From Mesotaenium endlicherianum (lineage: Eukaryota), in contig WELA01003638.1 in the NCBI GenBank assembly GCA_009602735.1, forward strand, positions 3,258 through 67,257: 64,000 nucleotides of DNA, in the 5' to 3' direction. Made by a program: the position numbers and the translations under genes. The notes beneath the pieces were generated by a model. That model was not told the DNA's origin. It ran no database searches and saw nothing but the letters and a program-made list of their open reading frames with translations. Below are positions 1 through 11,577 of the stretch, in pieces (the first letter of the stretch is position 1; each line of letters starts with the position of its first letter).

Positions 1-311
1 ATGTGCCATTTTTAGGTCAAAAGGACATGTGTACATTATTCTAGAAAGAGGTGGCAAGTTTTGGGATGTGTTGGGTGCCAACACATCAACATACACCTTC
101 CTAGAAATTACTTATGTAGCAAGTATATAAACAAGAGCTAGAACATAGAAAGACATTCCAGAATCACTCTTGTACTGGCCAAAATCCAGAAATATATTAA
201 CTTTCAAGAAGCCATCTCTCTTTCAAGAAGCTACCACTTGTGTTCAAAGATCCTTGTCTTGAATAGATAAAGTATTCTGTTTTACTAAGTACTTTATCTA
301 TCTGTTTCACT

Positions 312-737
312 ACAATTTTTGCAGCAGTAGGGTGCTCCAGAGGGCTCACCTTTTTCTCAACCACCTCTTCAGGTTGAGAAGGTACCTCTATTAGCAGCAG
401 ACAAAACATTATGTCTTTCTTCTGGTTCCATCTTTCGATGAACTTCATTGCATCCTTCATTTGCCATCCATACAGGAGAAGAGGAAGAGCACTGGTGGGG
501 TGCCAAGTTAGTCTGCCCATCATTGGCTCCTCCCACTTTAATCGTACCTCTCCTCCAACACACTTCGGCTTGATGCCTGTTAAACCAGGACCTGCCTAGC
601 ACGAGATCATAAAAGCCAGTGTTGAGGACCTCAAATATAAGCGTTTCAGTTAGAACTGCAATGCAAGAACCTAACAAGACCTTAATAGGCTTGGTTATAA
701 CTCCTCCCGAGATCCTTGCGGCATGGCCAACAAATAT
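312..737 (-). pseudogene. Fragment of family A pol (protease region), ending at an inversion breakpoint
   Basis: Minus-strand translation [41 protein letters not shown] matches intact pol at ~6232-6690; frameshifted. Confidence 0.85.
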
Positions 738-3569
738 CGTACTTGCTTGTATAGGCGCTAATTCTCCTAGCTTCATGTCCAGGTCTTTGTCATATATCTC
801 CATCTTAGGCAGGACATATCAGCCCCATAACTCTTGGTCTCCTCCTCATAGGCCCATATCCATAAAGTCGTAGTCTCCATCAAGCAACGATAATAATCTT
901 CACAAGACATGAGCGCATAGTCTCGCTCGTGGTGCACCAAACTCCATCATAGTTTTCTTCTTGGCGATGCTCACTCCCACATGCTCTAGTCTCTTCTTGA
1001 AGGTAAGCCTTCACACAAGGCTCCAAGAAACACATCTGGAACGCCTCCAAGAGCTCCATAACTTGGGCAAATGCACATACTTTTAGTGCTTGCACCTCAT
1101 CTTCTGCTCGCACACACTTCGTCTTGCAAGCGGACTTCTCTTAAGCTTACTTCTTAGGAGCTCCTCCACTTGAGCAGTTGGGGTCTGCTCTATATATGAG
1201 CAAGGGGATCATACACCTCTACTTGCTCTACCGGCGATGCGCGCTCGCCAAGGTTGTTAGGAGGCACGCTTGCTCCATGCGATGACCGGGCCAAGGTCAC
1301 CAAAACAAGCGCCTCTCCTTACCTTCACCTTTCCGCGTCGCTTCTTTGCTAGTGGGCTGAAGATAGCTACTTGTGGTCTTATCTACCTCCACCTATTTCA
1401 CTATCTTCACCTGACCATACTCCTCCTTGGTCTTCACTTGACCCGTGCACTAAAGCACTAGAGGATAGGCTACTCTCTTTGTGCAACTCCTTCCACATGC
1501 TTAGCTTCTTGAGTGCACTCTAGCCTTGGTCACCCCAATGACACTTCTTACTACTAAACCCAGCTTGCCTTGGTGCTCTACGTTCACATGAAGAGCTTGC
1601 ATAGATGCACCAAAAATCTGCCCCTTAACTATGCCATCTCACAACTAATGGCACACGCACTTCAAGTGGGAGACATCTCTTGCACTAGCCCTCTTGCACC
1701 AACTTCATACCTTGTGTAAGGTTATGAAAGGGTAGTTTGTTTCTTTCTAGTATTTTATATACATAGAGTGTAATTTTACAAGAACTTTGGCCTTTATTTC
1801 AAGTCATTTGGACAAAGTATTGAGATAGTTATGAATTTGGGAAGTTTTAGTGAGTTTTTAATGTCACAGATTCTATTTAGTGACAAGGACAGGTCCAGTG
1901 ACGAAAATTGGTTGGAGTCCAGGAAGTAGGACATTGAAACATGAGAGTTCCAGAAAGTACGTACAATTTCGTAGAGTGCCAAAGTGATCATGGAATTTCT
2001 AGAAACTCCGTGAGGAGTTAGTGGATTGTGTAGTAGGATATTCTAGAGTGTGATTGTGTGCGTGTGAGTGTGCCATCTTGTCCAACTAGGCAAGGTCACC
2101 TACATGGAAGGAGCCACAGGAGAAGGTTCTGGAGGTACTTTGCTAGAGAGGACAAATAGAGTTAAAGGATAAATAGGAAGCACAAGGAAGTAGAGGGGGC
2201 TTAGTCTAGTCTAACCTTCTTATCTTGTACACAACTTTTCTTAATAAAGGGAGTTCTTTTCCACTCCTCTCTCATGTAGCCCTCTCTCTCTTGCAAGGGT
2301 GGCACACCACCAGGCCACTCCACCTTGTGTATGCAACTAGGAAAGGTCCTCGTGCACGCTTCCACTCGCGGGTGAGGGTGCGTGAGTGTGTATGGCGCAC
2401 TCCTCGCACCCTTCCCCCTTTCACATGGTATCAAAGCTACCTAGTTGCTTCATTTGAAGAAGGGAGCTTTGGTTGGTGATGCTTGTAGGAGTGTAGAGAG
2501 GGTAGAGAGGAGAAGCAAGGATGATTATTAAGTTGCTAAGGGCAGCCATGAAGACTTTGATGCAAGCTAGCATCTCACTCTCTTGAAGGAGGGAGGAGAT
2601 GGGAAGAGGGGGGTGCTTCAAGAAGTGTTAACTTGGATGCAACCAAATTTTTGTACGTCTTCTTTGTAATGTGAGGAGGTTGCCCAAGCATGGAAGTGAT
2701 ATGAGTAATATAGAGCAGCCTTTGCTCGAGTATGGAGACATATGAGCATGAAGAAATTCTGGAGTTCACACGGTTGGATTTTTCCTTGAAGATGCAAGCT
2801 CTTTAGTGTTAAGCTCTTTCTTTGAGGGGGGGCTTAGCATAGAGGTGTTGGTGGCTAGAAGGAGTGTGTGCCCATCTTTATTTCAGATCTTCAATGAAGG
2901 TGGAACAGATTTTAAGGGTAGGCAACCGAGGACTTAGCAAGCAAGTGTACTTCCAAGTCCAGGAGCTTTGGCGAGCATAGCACTCGCAAGCTCAAGAGGA
3001 GCTCATGGGAATCTCAAGAGAGGGTGCACCAAGGTGTTGCACCAAGTTGGCCAAGTATGTGGCTAGATTTGGGTTGCCTTGCATCACTCCTATATAGCCA
3101 CTGGATATGTTGGCCAGCCATGATGGAGCTTGGTCATTCTTATGGAGATTGATGAAGCCTCAAGTAAAGAAAAGCGCCGTGGAGAAGGCTTGGAGCAAGA
3201 AGAAGTGACGCGGATTTTTCTTCAAGCAAGATAAGTGGAGATGGAGCCTTTCAAGTTCAGATTTTTTTTTTCTTTATGGAGGAGACTACTATGGAGTAGT
3301 TAAGGTTGAGAGCTAAGATGAAGACAAGCCTAGGGTGTGGAAGAAGAAGCAAAGTATGAAGTTGGTGCAAGAGGGCTAGTGCAAGAGATGTCTCCCACTT
3401 GAAGTGCGTGTGCCATTAGTTGTGTGATGGCATAGTTAAGGAGCAGATTTTGATGCATCTATGGAAGCTCTTCATGTGAAAGTAGAGCACCAAGGCAAGC
3501 TGGGTTTAGTAGTAAGAAGTGTCATTGGGGTGACCAAGGCTAGAGTGCACTCAAGAAGCTAAGCATGTG

Positions 3570-4341
3570 TGTAATGAATCAGTATATTAGTAGATATAGT
3601 ATTCATTTAAATATAATAGTTAATTAAGTTCAGCCTGCTGAACTTTAGTTATTAGTCAGTTTGCTAGACTTTAGTTAATAGTCAGTTTGCTGAACTTTAC
3701 TTAATAGTCAGTCTGCTGGACTTTACATAATTATCAGTTTGCTGACGCAGTGGAAAGCAGCAGGCTGAAAGTCCATATAAGTCAGCTTGCTGACACATTC
3801 TTTGACAGCAAGCTGACCTCCGTACTCGGTAGCAGCGAACTGCCTTGATATGCATCTAAGTGCGATATGCTAGATGAATAGCCAGATGACATCCCTATGA
3901 TGGATGGCTATTCGGGATGATGGGAGATGGCGGTGGATTTGGTTAACCGAGGTCCTACCAACGTGGTTAACTCCCGGGTAGGCGGTGCCATCGCACTGAC
4001 CGTTGAACAGTAAACTCATTCCATGTACATACGCTAGGCATTGCTCTCGAGTTCGGCATTCGGAAACGAGGCCAACTCTCTTGTACAGCTTACTGAGAGA
4101 GATCTGAATCCAAGGCGAGAAGCCATTGATACGCACTGTCTTCTAACCTTGCTTATGTATGAGTTTACTGATTTGCATTATTGATGCTAGTTTACTCGCA
4201 TTTGACTTACGAGTATTATTCACTGCTAGTGTATTGTCCTTTGCCGTTTAACTAGTTAACGGAAATACCATAAAGATTACTTGCTGATATAAAGATCTTT
4301 ATTAATTGTTAATCGCCTATTTGGTAAGTCGATTCATTTCA
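3570..4341 (+). repeat. 5' LTR of family A copy 1 (772 bp)
   Basis: tgtaatgaatc...gattcatttca; direct repeat of 11691-12448. Confidence 0.97.
3631..3746 (+). repeat. 26-bp tandem repeat (~4.5 units) near the LTR start
   Basis: Units resembling cagtttgctagactttagttaatagt start at 3631, 3657, 3683, 3709 and 3735. Confidence 0.9.
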
Positions 4342-4342
4342 G

Positions 4343-4354
4343 TGGTATCGGAGC
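4343..4354 (+). promoter_or_regulatory. Primer binding site, tRNA-iMet type
   Basis: TGGTATCGGAGC, 1 nt after the LTR end. Confidence 0.9.
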
Positions 4355-4375
4355 AGTTATCACAGTCTTCTTTGT

Positions 4376-5854
4376 ATGGTAAGGACAAGGTCTCAAACTA
4401 GCAACTCCCGAGACATGGAGAACCAGGATAACGAGAATGTCGAAAACCAGGCGGAAAGCCATGTAGCGGGAAACCGTACCTATTCGGAAGCAGTAGCGGA
4501 TACTGCAGCTAGGGAGGCTGCAGATGAGGCAGCTGCTATTGCCTCAGTCGCAGCTCAGCAAGCTGAGGAGGAGATAGCCAGACTAGAAGCTGAACAAGTA
4601 GCAAAGGCCGCTGAAGATATACAAAGGAGGGAAGGACAGCCAGCTGACGAGCGCACTGTTGAAGAACTTATGGCATCAAGGGCCAATGTTCTGAACCCAC
4701 CTCCTGCCGTACAACTCAATGTACCCCTAGGTCAAATACGTGACCGGCTGAATGCGGCAGGAATTGCTGCTGCAGGAGCAAGAGGGATTGTTGAGGACAC
4801 TACTCAGCGAGTAGATGCCAATGCTGCTGCTGCATTTGCTAATCTACCACCCCAAAATGTAGACTTGGGAGCATTGTTCGTTCAGATGCAGTCGCAAATG
4901 GCGACCATGTATCAGTCCCAGCAGGAGGACAAAAGAATCATAATGTCCCTACTCCGGGACAGAGACCAACTGGGGTCTCACACCACTAGTGGTGGTGGCC
5001 GAGGGCCTAGTAAGCCCAAGCCGAAACCTCCCCAGGACTATGATCCTGAGGGAAACAGAAAATATTACCTGATCAAGTTTCTCGCGGATGTTGAGCAGTG
5101 GCTGGAGAACTACCCAGAACTGCAAGATTACGAGAAGGTCAGGCACACCGGTGCGCTACTGAAAGGCAGTGCCGCAGACTGGTGGCTTTACTGGAAGGAA
5201 GAGCGTAAGGCTCGGCAACTCGGTGACCCTACGTGGGTAGAGTTTGTCGAGAAGTTGCATGAGAAGTTTGATGTCATCAACCAGCAGGAGAAAGCTATCT
5301 ATGCGATGATCTCCCTGACACTGAAGCAGACCACTTCAGTTGCTGAGTTTGCTCAAAAGTTCCAAGAGAACATGATGAAGCAGCCTGATTTGCCAGAACG
5401 GTATAGGATAGCATACTTCAGGTATGGCTTGAAATCCGAGGTCTCTGGTCATTTTGCTGAGAAAAAGTATGAGAAACTGGCTGACTTGATCCAGGATGCT
5501 GACGCCTGGGATCAGCAGCAGTTCAATCACAAGCGCCAGAGTAACGCTTTGGTGTCTAAGATTGTCAAAAAGCCCCACGGTTCCTACAATGCAGTTGAAG
5601 GAGACCAGGCTGAGGATAATCAGGGTGATGAATATGAGTATGAGTACAATGCTATTCAGTCTAGAGGTAGAGGTGGTCCCTCTCGAGGTGGCTATGGAAG
5701 GGGTGGTGGTAGGACTAAGCCGAGACCAGCCTCAGCAAAATCTACTTGCTACCATTGTCAGCAGAAAGGCCACTACAGAGAACAGTGTCCGGTCAAGCAC
5801 CTGCCTAAGGTCGAGAGAAAAGACCAGCCTTTAAAAGACAGCAACAGTCAGTAA
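4376..5854 (+). CDS. gag: Gag protein (492 aa)
   Basis: ATG just after the PBS; capsid-like region ([20 protein letters not shown]); RGG-rich stretch; CCHC knuckle [14 protein letters not shown]. Confidence 0.95.
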   Translation: MVRTRSQTSNSRDMENQDNENVENQAESHVAGNRTYSEAVADTAAREAADEAAAIASVAAQQAEEEIARLEAEQVAKAAEDIQRREGQPADERTVEELMASRANVLNPPPAVQLNVPLGQIRDRLNAAGIAAAGARGIVEDTTQRVDANAAAAFANLPPQNVDLGALFVQMQSQMATMYQSQQEDKRIIMSLLRDRDQLGSHTTSGGGRGPSKPKPKPPQDYDPEGNRKYYLIKFLADVEQWLENYPELQDYEKVRHTGALLKGSAADWWLYWKEERKARQLGDPTWVEFVEKLHEKFDVINQQEKAIYAMISLTLKQTTSVAEFAQKFQENMMKQPDLPERYRIAYFRYGLKSEVSGHFAEKKYEKLADLIQDADAWDQQQFNHKRQSNALVSKIVKKPHGSYNAVEGDQAEDNQGDEYEYEYNAIQSRGRGGPSRGGYGRGGGRTKPRPASAKSTCYHCQQKGHYREQCPVKHLPKVERKDQPLKDSNSQ

Positions 5855-5871
5855 TCCAGTCTACTGACTGT
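5830..5871 (+). promoter_or_regulatory. Putative -1 ribosomal frameshift signal
   Basis: Heptamer T TTA AAA in the gag frame, 7-nt spacer, perfect 10-bp stem acagtcagta/tactgactgt; the -1 frame is open into pol. Confidence 0.85.
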
Positions 5872-8800
5872 GAGGATGCTAGAGATAGTGAGTCGTCACT
5901 AGCTGCCCTCGTAGCAGGTATTATGGGTCCTGCTGAACTGGATTCACTATGCATGCCTGACAAACAGATAAAGGAGACCATCAGTAATATAGACGTCCAG
6001 AGAGTGCACACTCTGGATGCTCTTGTTCCACCTGATGTCCAACATTTCTTTGCTACGTCAGGAGAACAATGCGAAAGTCAGGAAAAGACAGTCCCCCCTA
6101 TCCTACTGCATTGCATGATTGCAGGTAGGAAGGTGAGGGCATTTGTTGACGGAGGGGCGTCACATACTTTTATTCACAAGGACTTAGTTAAGCGGCTAAG
6201 GCTGCCTACTGTCACCCAAGGGAATAGAAAAATATTCCTTGGAGATGCCTCAAGTATCCCGGGAGGAGTTATAACCAAGCCTATTGAGGTCCAGTTAGGT
6301 TCTGGCATTGCAGTTCTAACTGAAACGCTTACATTTGAGGTACTCAACACTGGCTTTTATGATCTCGTGCTAGGCAGGTCCTGGCTTAATAGACATCAAG
6401 CTGAAGTGTGTTGGAGCAGAGGTACAGTTAAAGTGAGAGGAGCCAGTGATGGGCAGACTGACTTGGCACCCACCAGTGCTCTTCCTCTTGTCCTGTGTGG
6501 ATGGCAAATGAAGGAAAAGAAGAGGCTTCCAGAAGGATGCAAGTTGCTGAATGCAATGGAGTTCGTCAAAAGCTGGAACCAGAAGGAAGACAGAATGTTC
6601 TGTCTGCTGCTAAGAGAGGTACCTCCTCAACCTGAAGAAGTGGTTGAGAAAAAGGTAAGCCCTCCGGAGCACCCTACTGCTGCAAAAATTGTTGCTCAGT
6701 ACACTGATGTGTTTAACATGCCTCCAGGACTACCCCCTAAAAGGGAAGTAGATCATAGGATTGATCTATTACCTGGTAGCCAGCCACCCTGGCAACGCAC
6801 TTATGGCTTGTCTTATTTGGAGAGCGAGGAGTTGAAAACACAGATTGCAGAGCTGGAGGAAAATGGTTACATTTCTCCCAGTAAATCACCGTACGGCGCA
6901 CCTATCCTATTTGTTAAGAAAAAGGATGGCAGTATGCGGATGTGTGTGGATTACAGAGCCCTGAACAGAATTACAGTAAAGAACAAGTATGCTTTACCCA
7001 GAATCGAGGACTTGCTTGATACCCTGTCTGGCGCTAAGGTGTTCAGTAAGATAGATCTCAAGAGTGGTTATCATCAAATCAGAATTGCTGAGGGGGATGA
7101 ACACAAGACTGCTTTCCGCACACGTTATGGACACTATGAGTTCAACGTGATGCCATTTGGACTGACTAATGCTCCTGCTACCTTTATGGGTGCTATGAAT
7201 GACATTTTCAGACCTTATTTGGATAAGTTTGTGCAAGTTTTCCTGGATGATATTTTAATTTTCTCTAAAGATGAAGCTCAGCACACTGAACACTTAAAGA
7301 AAGTGCTGGACACTCTGCGGAAAAATCACTTGTATGCTAAAATGAGCAAGTGTGATTTCTTTAAGGAAAGTATTGAATTCTTAGGCCACGTTGTCAGTAA
7401 AGAGGGCATCAGTGTGGATCCTAAGAAAGTCCAGACCATAAGGGACTGGCCAGTACCACAGTCTGTCTCTGAAGTTAGATCCTTCCTCGGGTTGGCTAAC
7501 TACTATAGGAGATTTATTGAGAATTATTCCACAAAGGCCAGTAAACTGACTGACCTTACTAAGAAAGACATCGGGTATGTGTGGGGGGAAGAGCAGCAGG
7601 CTGCCTTCCAGACCCTTAAAGATGCCCTTTGTTCTGCCCCAGTGCTAGCCGTGTATGACCCCAGCAAACCGGTGCAGGTGGTTACTGATGCCTCTGATTT
7701 TGCCATGGGTGCTATTTTGTTGCAGCCTGCTGACAAAACCACAAAGGATGGTAAGGTACGGCAGGAGTGGCATCCTGTGTTGTATGAGTCTATGAAATTT
7801 AATCCAGCGGAGATTAATTACTCAGTGCATGATAAAGAGCTGCTAGCTATCATTCATGTACTCAAACAGTGGAGAGCATACTTACATGGTAAAGCTTTTA
7901 AGGTGATTACAGATCATCTAGCTCTGACCCACTTTCAGAAGAAGTCCAAGCTGTCGAGGAGGGAGAACCGCTGGAGCCAGATGCTGGAGCAGTTCCAAGT
8001 CCAGATCGACTACAAACCAGGGAAGTTGAATCCTGCTGATGCACTCTCTAGAAGACCTGACTTGCAAGAAAGGAACTTTAGTCAGCATGCTGTAGATAAA
8101 GTCCTGTGTGCACTCACTTCACTAAAGGTGAAAAAGTCCTTCCTTGAACAACTTAGGAAAGCCTACCTTTCTGACCCAACATTTGAGCCCAGCCCCACTA
8201 CTGGTGTGTGTCGTGCTACTGCACTCGGGTATAAGCTCAAGGGAGGGGTCTGGGTGACTGAAACCACTTCAGGCAGGCTGAAGCTGGTCATTCCTAATAA
8301 CTTGGAAATAAGGTCTCTCTTACTGAGTCAAGCTCATGACAGTCTCCTGGGTGGACATTTGGGGCAGGCCAAAACTGTTGGCAAACTGGCAAAACATTAT
8401 CATTGGGAGGGGTTACCCCGGGAGGTCTTGAAATATGTCAAGTCCTGTGACCAGTGTCAGAGAAATAAGTCTCGGCACACACCACCCGGAGGTCTCTTGC
8501 AACCGCTGCCCATCCCAGCGGGACGCTGGGAAACTATATCCATGGACTGGGTGGTCTCACTACCAAGAACTGCCAACGGGCATGATTCAATACTGGTAGT
8601 CGTGGATAAACTGACAAAAATGGTCATTTTTATCCCCACAACTGTCAAAGTGACTGCACTCGAAACAGCGAGACAGTTTTACAACCATGTAGTATGCCAA
8701 CATGGGCTCCCTTCTAATATCATCTCAGACAGAGACTCAAAATTCACCTCTAAGTTCTGGAGAGCTTTAATGGGGTTAATGGGAGTCAAACAGCTGCTCA

Positions 8801-9639
8801 GCACAGCAAACCACCCTCAGACTGATGGGCAGACTGAAAGAACTAACCGAGTTCTGCAGGAGGTGCTGAGAGCATATATTAACCAAAAACAAGATAATTG
8901 GGATGACCTGTTGCCTCAAATTCAGTTTGCGGTCAACAGTGCGGTGCACGCGTCAACGGGCAAGACTCCTTTTGAACTCAGCCTGGGTAGAGTCCCTAAG
9001 TCTCCTTTAGATGTGCTAGGGGAATCTTTAACTCACCCTGAAGGGATTGACAACCCGGTCTCCCTCCAGTTAACTCAGGAGTTTGCTGACACCCTGTCAG
9101 AAGTCCAACGAAACTTGCACACGGCCCAAGAAAACCAACAAAAATACGCTAATCAACACCGTCGGGAACTGACATTTTCCAAGGGGGATTTAGTCAAACT
9201 GCATTCTCAGCACCTGTACCTCCCTGGTGTGGTCAAGAAAAAGCTTGGCCCTGTCTGGGTCGGTCCATATTCGGTGGTCCGTCGTGTCGGTCAGAATGCT
9301 TACAAACTGAACATGTCAGCTGAATACAAGGGGCACCCGGTCTTTAATGTCTCCTTCCTGGAACCGTACATCAAAGGTGATACACTGTTCACAGGTCGGT
9401 TCCCTGTCCAACCGGGACCGGTCCCCGCTGTCCGGGACGGCGACCCTGAGGAATATGAGGTCGATGAGATTTTAGACGCTCGCTCGGTCCGTCGATCGTC
9501 TAAATATGTCATGAAATACCTCATTCGATGGAAGGGTTACGATGCCTCTGGGGACACTTGGGAGTTTAAGGACCACTTGACCAATGCCAAAGGGGCGTTG
9601 ACACGGTTCCACCTTCGGGCCGCTGGAGTCCCTCCATAA
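5830..9639 (+). CDS. pol: Pol polyprotein: protease, RT, RNase H, integrase, chromodomain (expressed as gag-pol; first in-frame ATG at 5923)
   Basis: [24 protein letters not shown] and VFLDDIL; TDASD; HHCC zinc finger; SDRD and QTERTNR; GPY motif; YEVDEILD...YLIRWKGY...TWE chromodomain. Confidence 0.97.
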   Translation, partial: FKRQQQSVIQSTDCEDARDSESSLAALVAGIMGPAELDSLCMPDKQIKETISNIDVQRVHTLDALVPPDVQHFFATSGEQCESQEKTVPPILLHCMIAGRKVRAFVDGGASHTFIHKDLVKRLRLPTVTQGNRKIFLGDASSIPGGVITKPIEVQLGSGIAVLTETLTFEVLNTGFYDLVLGRSWLNRHQAEVCWSRGTVKVRGASDGQTDLAPTSALPLVLCGWQMKEKKRLPEGCKLLNAMEFVKSWNQKEDRMFCLLLREVPPQPEEVVEKKVSPPEHPTAAKIVAQYTDVFNMPPGLPPKREVDHRIDLLPGSQPPWQRTYGLSYLESEELKTQIAELEENGYISPSKSPYGAPILFVKKKDGSMRMCVDYRALNRITVKNKYALPRIEDLLDTLSGAKVFSKIDLKSGYHQIRIAEGDEHKTAFRTRYGHYEFNVMPFGLTNAPATFMGAMNDIFRPYLDKFVQVFLDDILIFSKDEAQHTEHLKKVLDTLRKNHLYAKMSKCDFFKESIEFLGHVVSKEGISVDPKKVQTIRDWPVPQSVSEVRSFLGLANYYRRFIENYSTKASKLTDLTKKDIGYVWGEEQQAAFQTLKDALCSAPVLAVYDPSKPVQVVTDASDFAMGAILLQPADKTTKDGKVRQEWHPVLYESMKFNPAEINYSVHDKELLAIIHVLKQWRAYLHGKAFKVITDHLALTHFQKKSKLSRRENRWSQMLEQFQVQIDYKPGKLNPADALSRRPDLQERNFSQHAVDKVLCALTSLKVKKSFLEQLRKAYLSDPTFEPSPTTGVCRATALGYKLKGGVWVTETTSGRLKLVIPNNLEIRSLLLSQAHDSLLGGHLGQAKTVGKLAKHYHWEGLPREVLKYVKSCDQCQRNKSRHTPPGGLLQPLPIPAGRWETISMDWVVSLPRTANGHDSILVVVDKLTKMVIFIPTTVKVTALETARQFYNHVVCQHGLPSNIISDRDSKFTSKFWRALMGLMGVKQLLSTANHPQTDGQTERTNRVLQEVLRAYINQKQDNWDDLLPQIQFAVNSAVHASTGKTPFELSLGRVPKSPLDVLGESLTHPEGIDNPVSLQLTQEFADTLSEVQRNLHTAQENQQKYANQHRRELTFSKGDLVKLHSQHLYLPGVVKKKLGPVWVGPYSVVRRVGQNAYKLNMSAEYKGHPVFNVSFLEPYIKGDTLFTGRFPVQPGPVPAVRDGDPEEYEVDEILDARSVRRSSKYVMKYLIRWKGYDASGDTWEFKDHLTNAKGALTRFHLRAAGVPP

Positions 9640-9900
9640 CTGTCATTTCAGTTGATACGGGAAGGTGACAGGCGGTCCTGTCTCCATTTAAATTTGAGGG
9701 GAAAATATATGACAGTTAGTGAGCGATAAAAACACACTCATACGTTTATGTGTAGCGCATCGCAACTACGTCAACTTTTAGCAATCATCCTGTAAGGTAA
9801 ACAGCAGCGAAGCCACTATACTAAATACTAACATACTTCCTGCAATCCCTATGACAAAGGTCCATATCCTACTAACTTGTGCCCTGGTTACATGTGCAGG

Positions 9901-11577
9901 ATGGCGCCCACCACACAAAAGGAGGACAGAAAGCGCAAGGCAGAAGAAGCCAGGAGGACAATGGAGCAATACCAGAAGGAGCTGGCGGCGACGTCCCTCA
10001 CCAGGAGAGAACAAGAAAGGGTCCGCAAACAACAAGAGGCGGCAGAAGAGGCACAGAGGAAGAAGGATCAGGAAGCGGAAAACCTCAGGAAGGCTGAGGA
10101 GGAGAGACAGAAGAAACAGCAAGAAGAAGCGGCAGCGGCAGAAGAGGAGAAAAGAAAAAAGATTGAAGCGGACAGACAGAAGAGCTTGGCCACTTACAGG
10201 TATACTGTGGTGGGTGGCCAAAACTTCGATAACCTGAAGGAAGCATTGCTGGCAGCCCAGGAGATCAACAGGCTGGAACAGACAACACTGCTACAGAAGG
10301 AAGGAGCTACAGCACTGGACAGGTACATCGAGACACACACCGGCGTGGTCCTTTACGAAGATTATGCTAAGATGGTGGGCTATACAGCAGAGCAGGCCCG
10401 GTATCTCGCAGATGATTCAGAGGACAAGCCGGTCCCCATACCGGGAATAGTGGGAGATCAGAGACTCATCCGGATGGTGAGCATGCGGCCCGATAGCTTT
10501 AAGGATACGGTATTCTACCTCACACTCCTGCCAGCTTACAATGAAGTTGAGAGAAGGAGCTGGGAGTACTTGGCCAGGGAAGCAGGACAGCAGATGTTCT
10601 CTCCCCACTGGTTCCCGTGTAAACTGAGGAAGGCTGAGCACGGACCCCAGTACTACCAGCAGCCAACAGACTGGAGGTGGATGACCGTCACAAATAAGAA
10701 GCAGGAGTGTGACCGAGCCCAACCGGATGACTTCCACTATGGCCTAGACGGCTATCTCATCCTACCACCTCACATTGCCCCTTGGGACCCCAGGCTGAAT
10801 GGATGCCTGAGCAATATGAATGCAGAGACCAAGGAACATAGGAGGAGGGGAAGAGACTACTTCTCTAAGGGAAAGCATGCCTTTGTCAAATGGGCAAAGA
10901 ATGCAGGCCGGATAGATATCAGTAGGCTGAAGGCCAAGCAACCTCCAGCGCGCCCTAAGAAAGGGAGGTCGGTAGACTACTCCATGTCTACTAGGGAGCA
11001 GGACGACTTAGTGGACGAGACCCCTACTCTCTCCGAGGAGGAGGATGAGGAGGCTGAGGAAGAAGAACAGGGCAGAGGAGAAGCATCAGCAGCAGGTACT
11101 CAGGATACCCAGGGACAGGTAGGGGCGCTTCTTAAAGAACCACGATCAGGTGTTTGGAATGTGATCCCCGTTATGGCGACTACTGGACCCCGCGCTCGCT
11201 CCCACAGCCCACCTGCCCAAGCAGGGGAAGAAGCTGATCTGACTGTATTGGGCAGCAGACACAGGCAGAAATCCCCAGAGGACAGGGGTGCCAGAAGAGG
11301 GACACGCGGGTGGGCCAGAGGTATGCCAGCCTCCCCCTCCGCTCAGGGGCATGTACCTCTAGCCAATGTATTTCAGCATCCTACTGGAATGCCTGTCTAT
11401 GTGGGCATCAACACCCAAGTGGTTGAAGAGCAGGCTACCATCCTTCGTTCTCCTCGAGGTCCAACTTTAGAGCAAACCGGGTTCTTTAGAAGGCCAGCTG
11501 ACAGACCTAGAGGGCTGTCCAGATCTAGGTCCAGATCTCCGTCCCCTGATCCTGAAGCCCCAGGAACCACCCCTTAA
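9901..11577 (+). CDS. Additional ORF3 of family A, unknown function (558 aa from the conserved ATG)
   Basis: Intact ORF between pol and the PPT: E/K/R/Q-rich coiled-coil N-terminus, aromatic-rich central domain, acidic tract and RS-rich tail. Homologues at 29103 and 44482. Confidence 0.88.
   Translation: MAPTTQKEDRKRKAEEARRTMEQYQKELAATSLTRREQERVRKQQEAAEEAQRKKDQEAENLRKAEEERQKKQQEEAAAAEEEKRKKIEADRQKSLATYRYTVVGGQNFDNLKEALLAAQEINRLEQTTLLQKEGATALDRYIETHTGVVLYEDYAKMVGYTAEQARYLADDSEDKPVPIPGIVGDQRLIRMVSMRPDSFKDTVFYLTLLPAYNEVERRSWEYLAREAGQQMFSPHWFPCKLRKAEHGPQYYQQPTDWRWMTVTNKKQECDRAQPDDFHYGLDGYLILPPHIAPWDPRLNGCLSNMNAETKEHRRRGRDYFSKGKHAFVKWAKNAGRIDISRLKAKQPPARPKKGRSVDYSMSTREQDDLVDETPTLSEEEDEEAEEEEQGRGEASAAGTQDTQGQVGALLKEPRSGVWNVIPVMATTGPRARSHSPPAQAGEEADLTVLGSRHRQKSPEDRGARRGTRGWARGMPASPSAQGHVPLANVFQHPTGMPVYVGINTQVVEEQATILRSPRGPTLEQTGFFRRPADRPRGLSRSRSRSPSPDPEAPGTTP

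Noticed and set aside
369..803. 144-aa ORF fusing family B sequence to a protease fragment
   Set aside because: Chance in-frame read-through across the inversion breakpoint; it lacks the catalytic Asp motif.
3631..3746. CRISPR-like array
   Set aside because: Head-to-tail repeats without unique spacers, in a eukaryotic LTR with no cas genes.
3870..4136. Recurrent short ORFs inside family A LTRs
   Set aside because: Recurrence reflects LTR copy number; the frames are not preserved between copies.
9877..9900. ORF3 N-terminus MCPGYMCR from the ORF track
   Set aside because: Starts at TTG and overlaps the predicted intron end; only the ATG at 9901 is conserved in the divergent homologue.
9901..11577. 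ORF3 as an env gene
   Set aside because: The position fits, but no signal peptide or transmembrane segment is visible.
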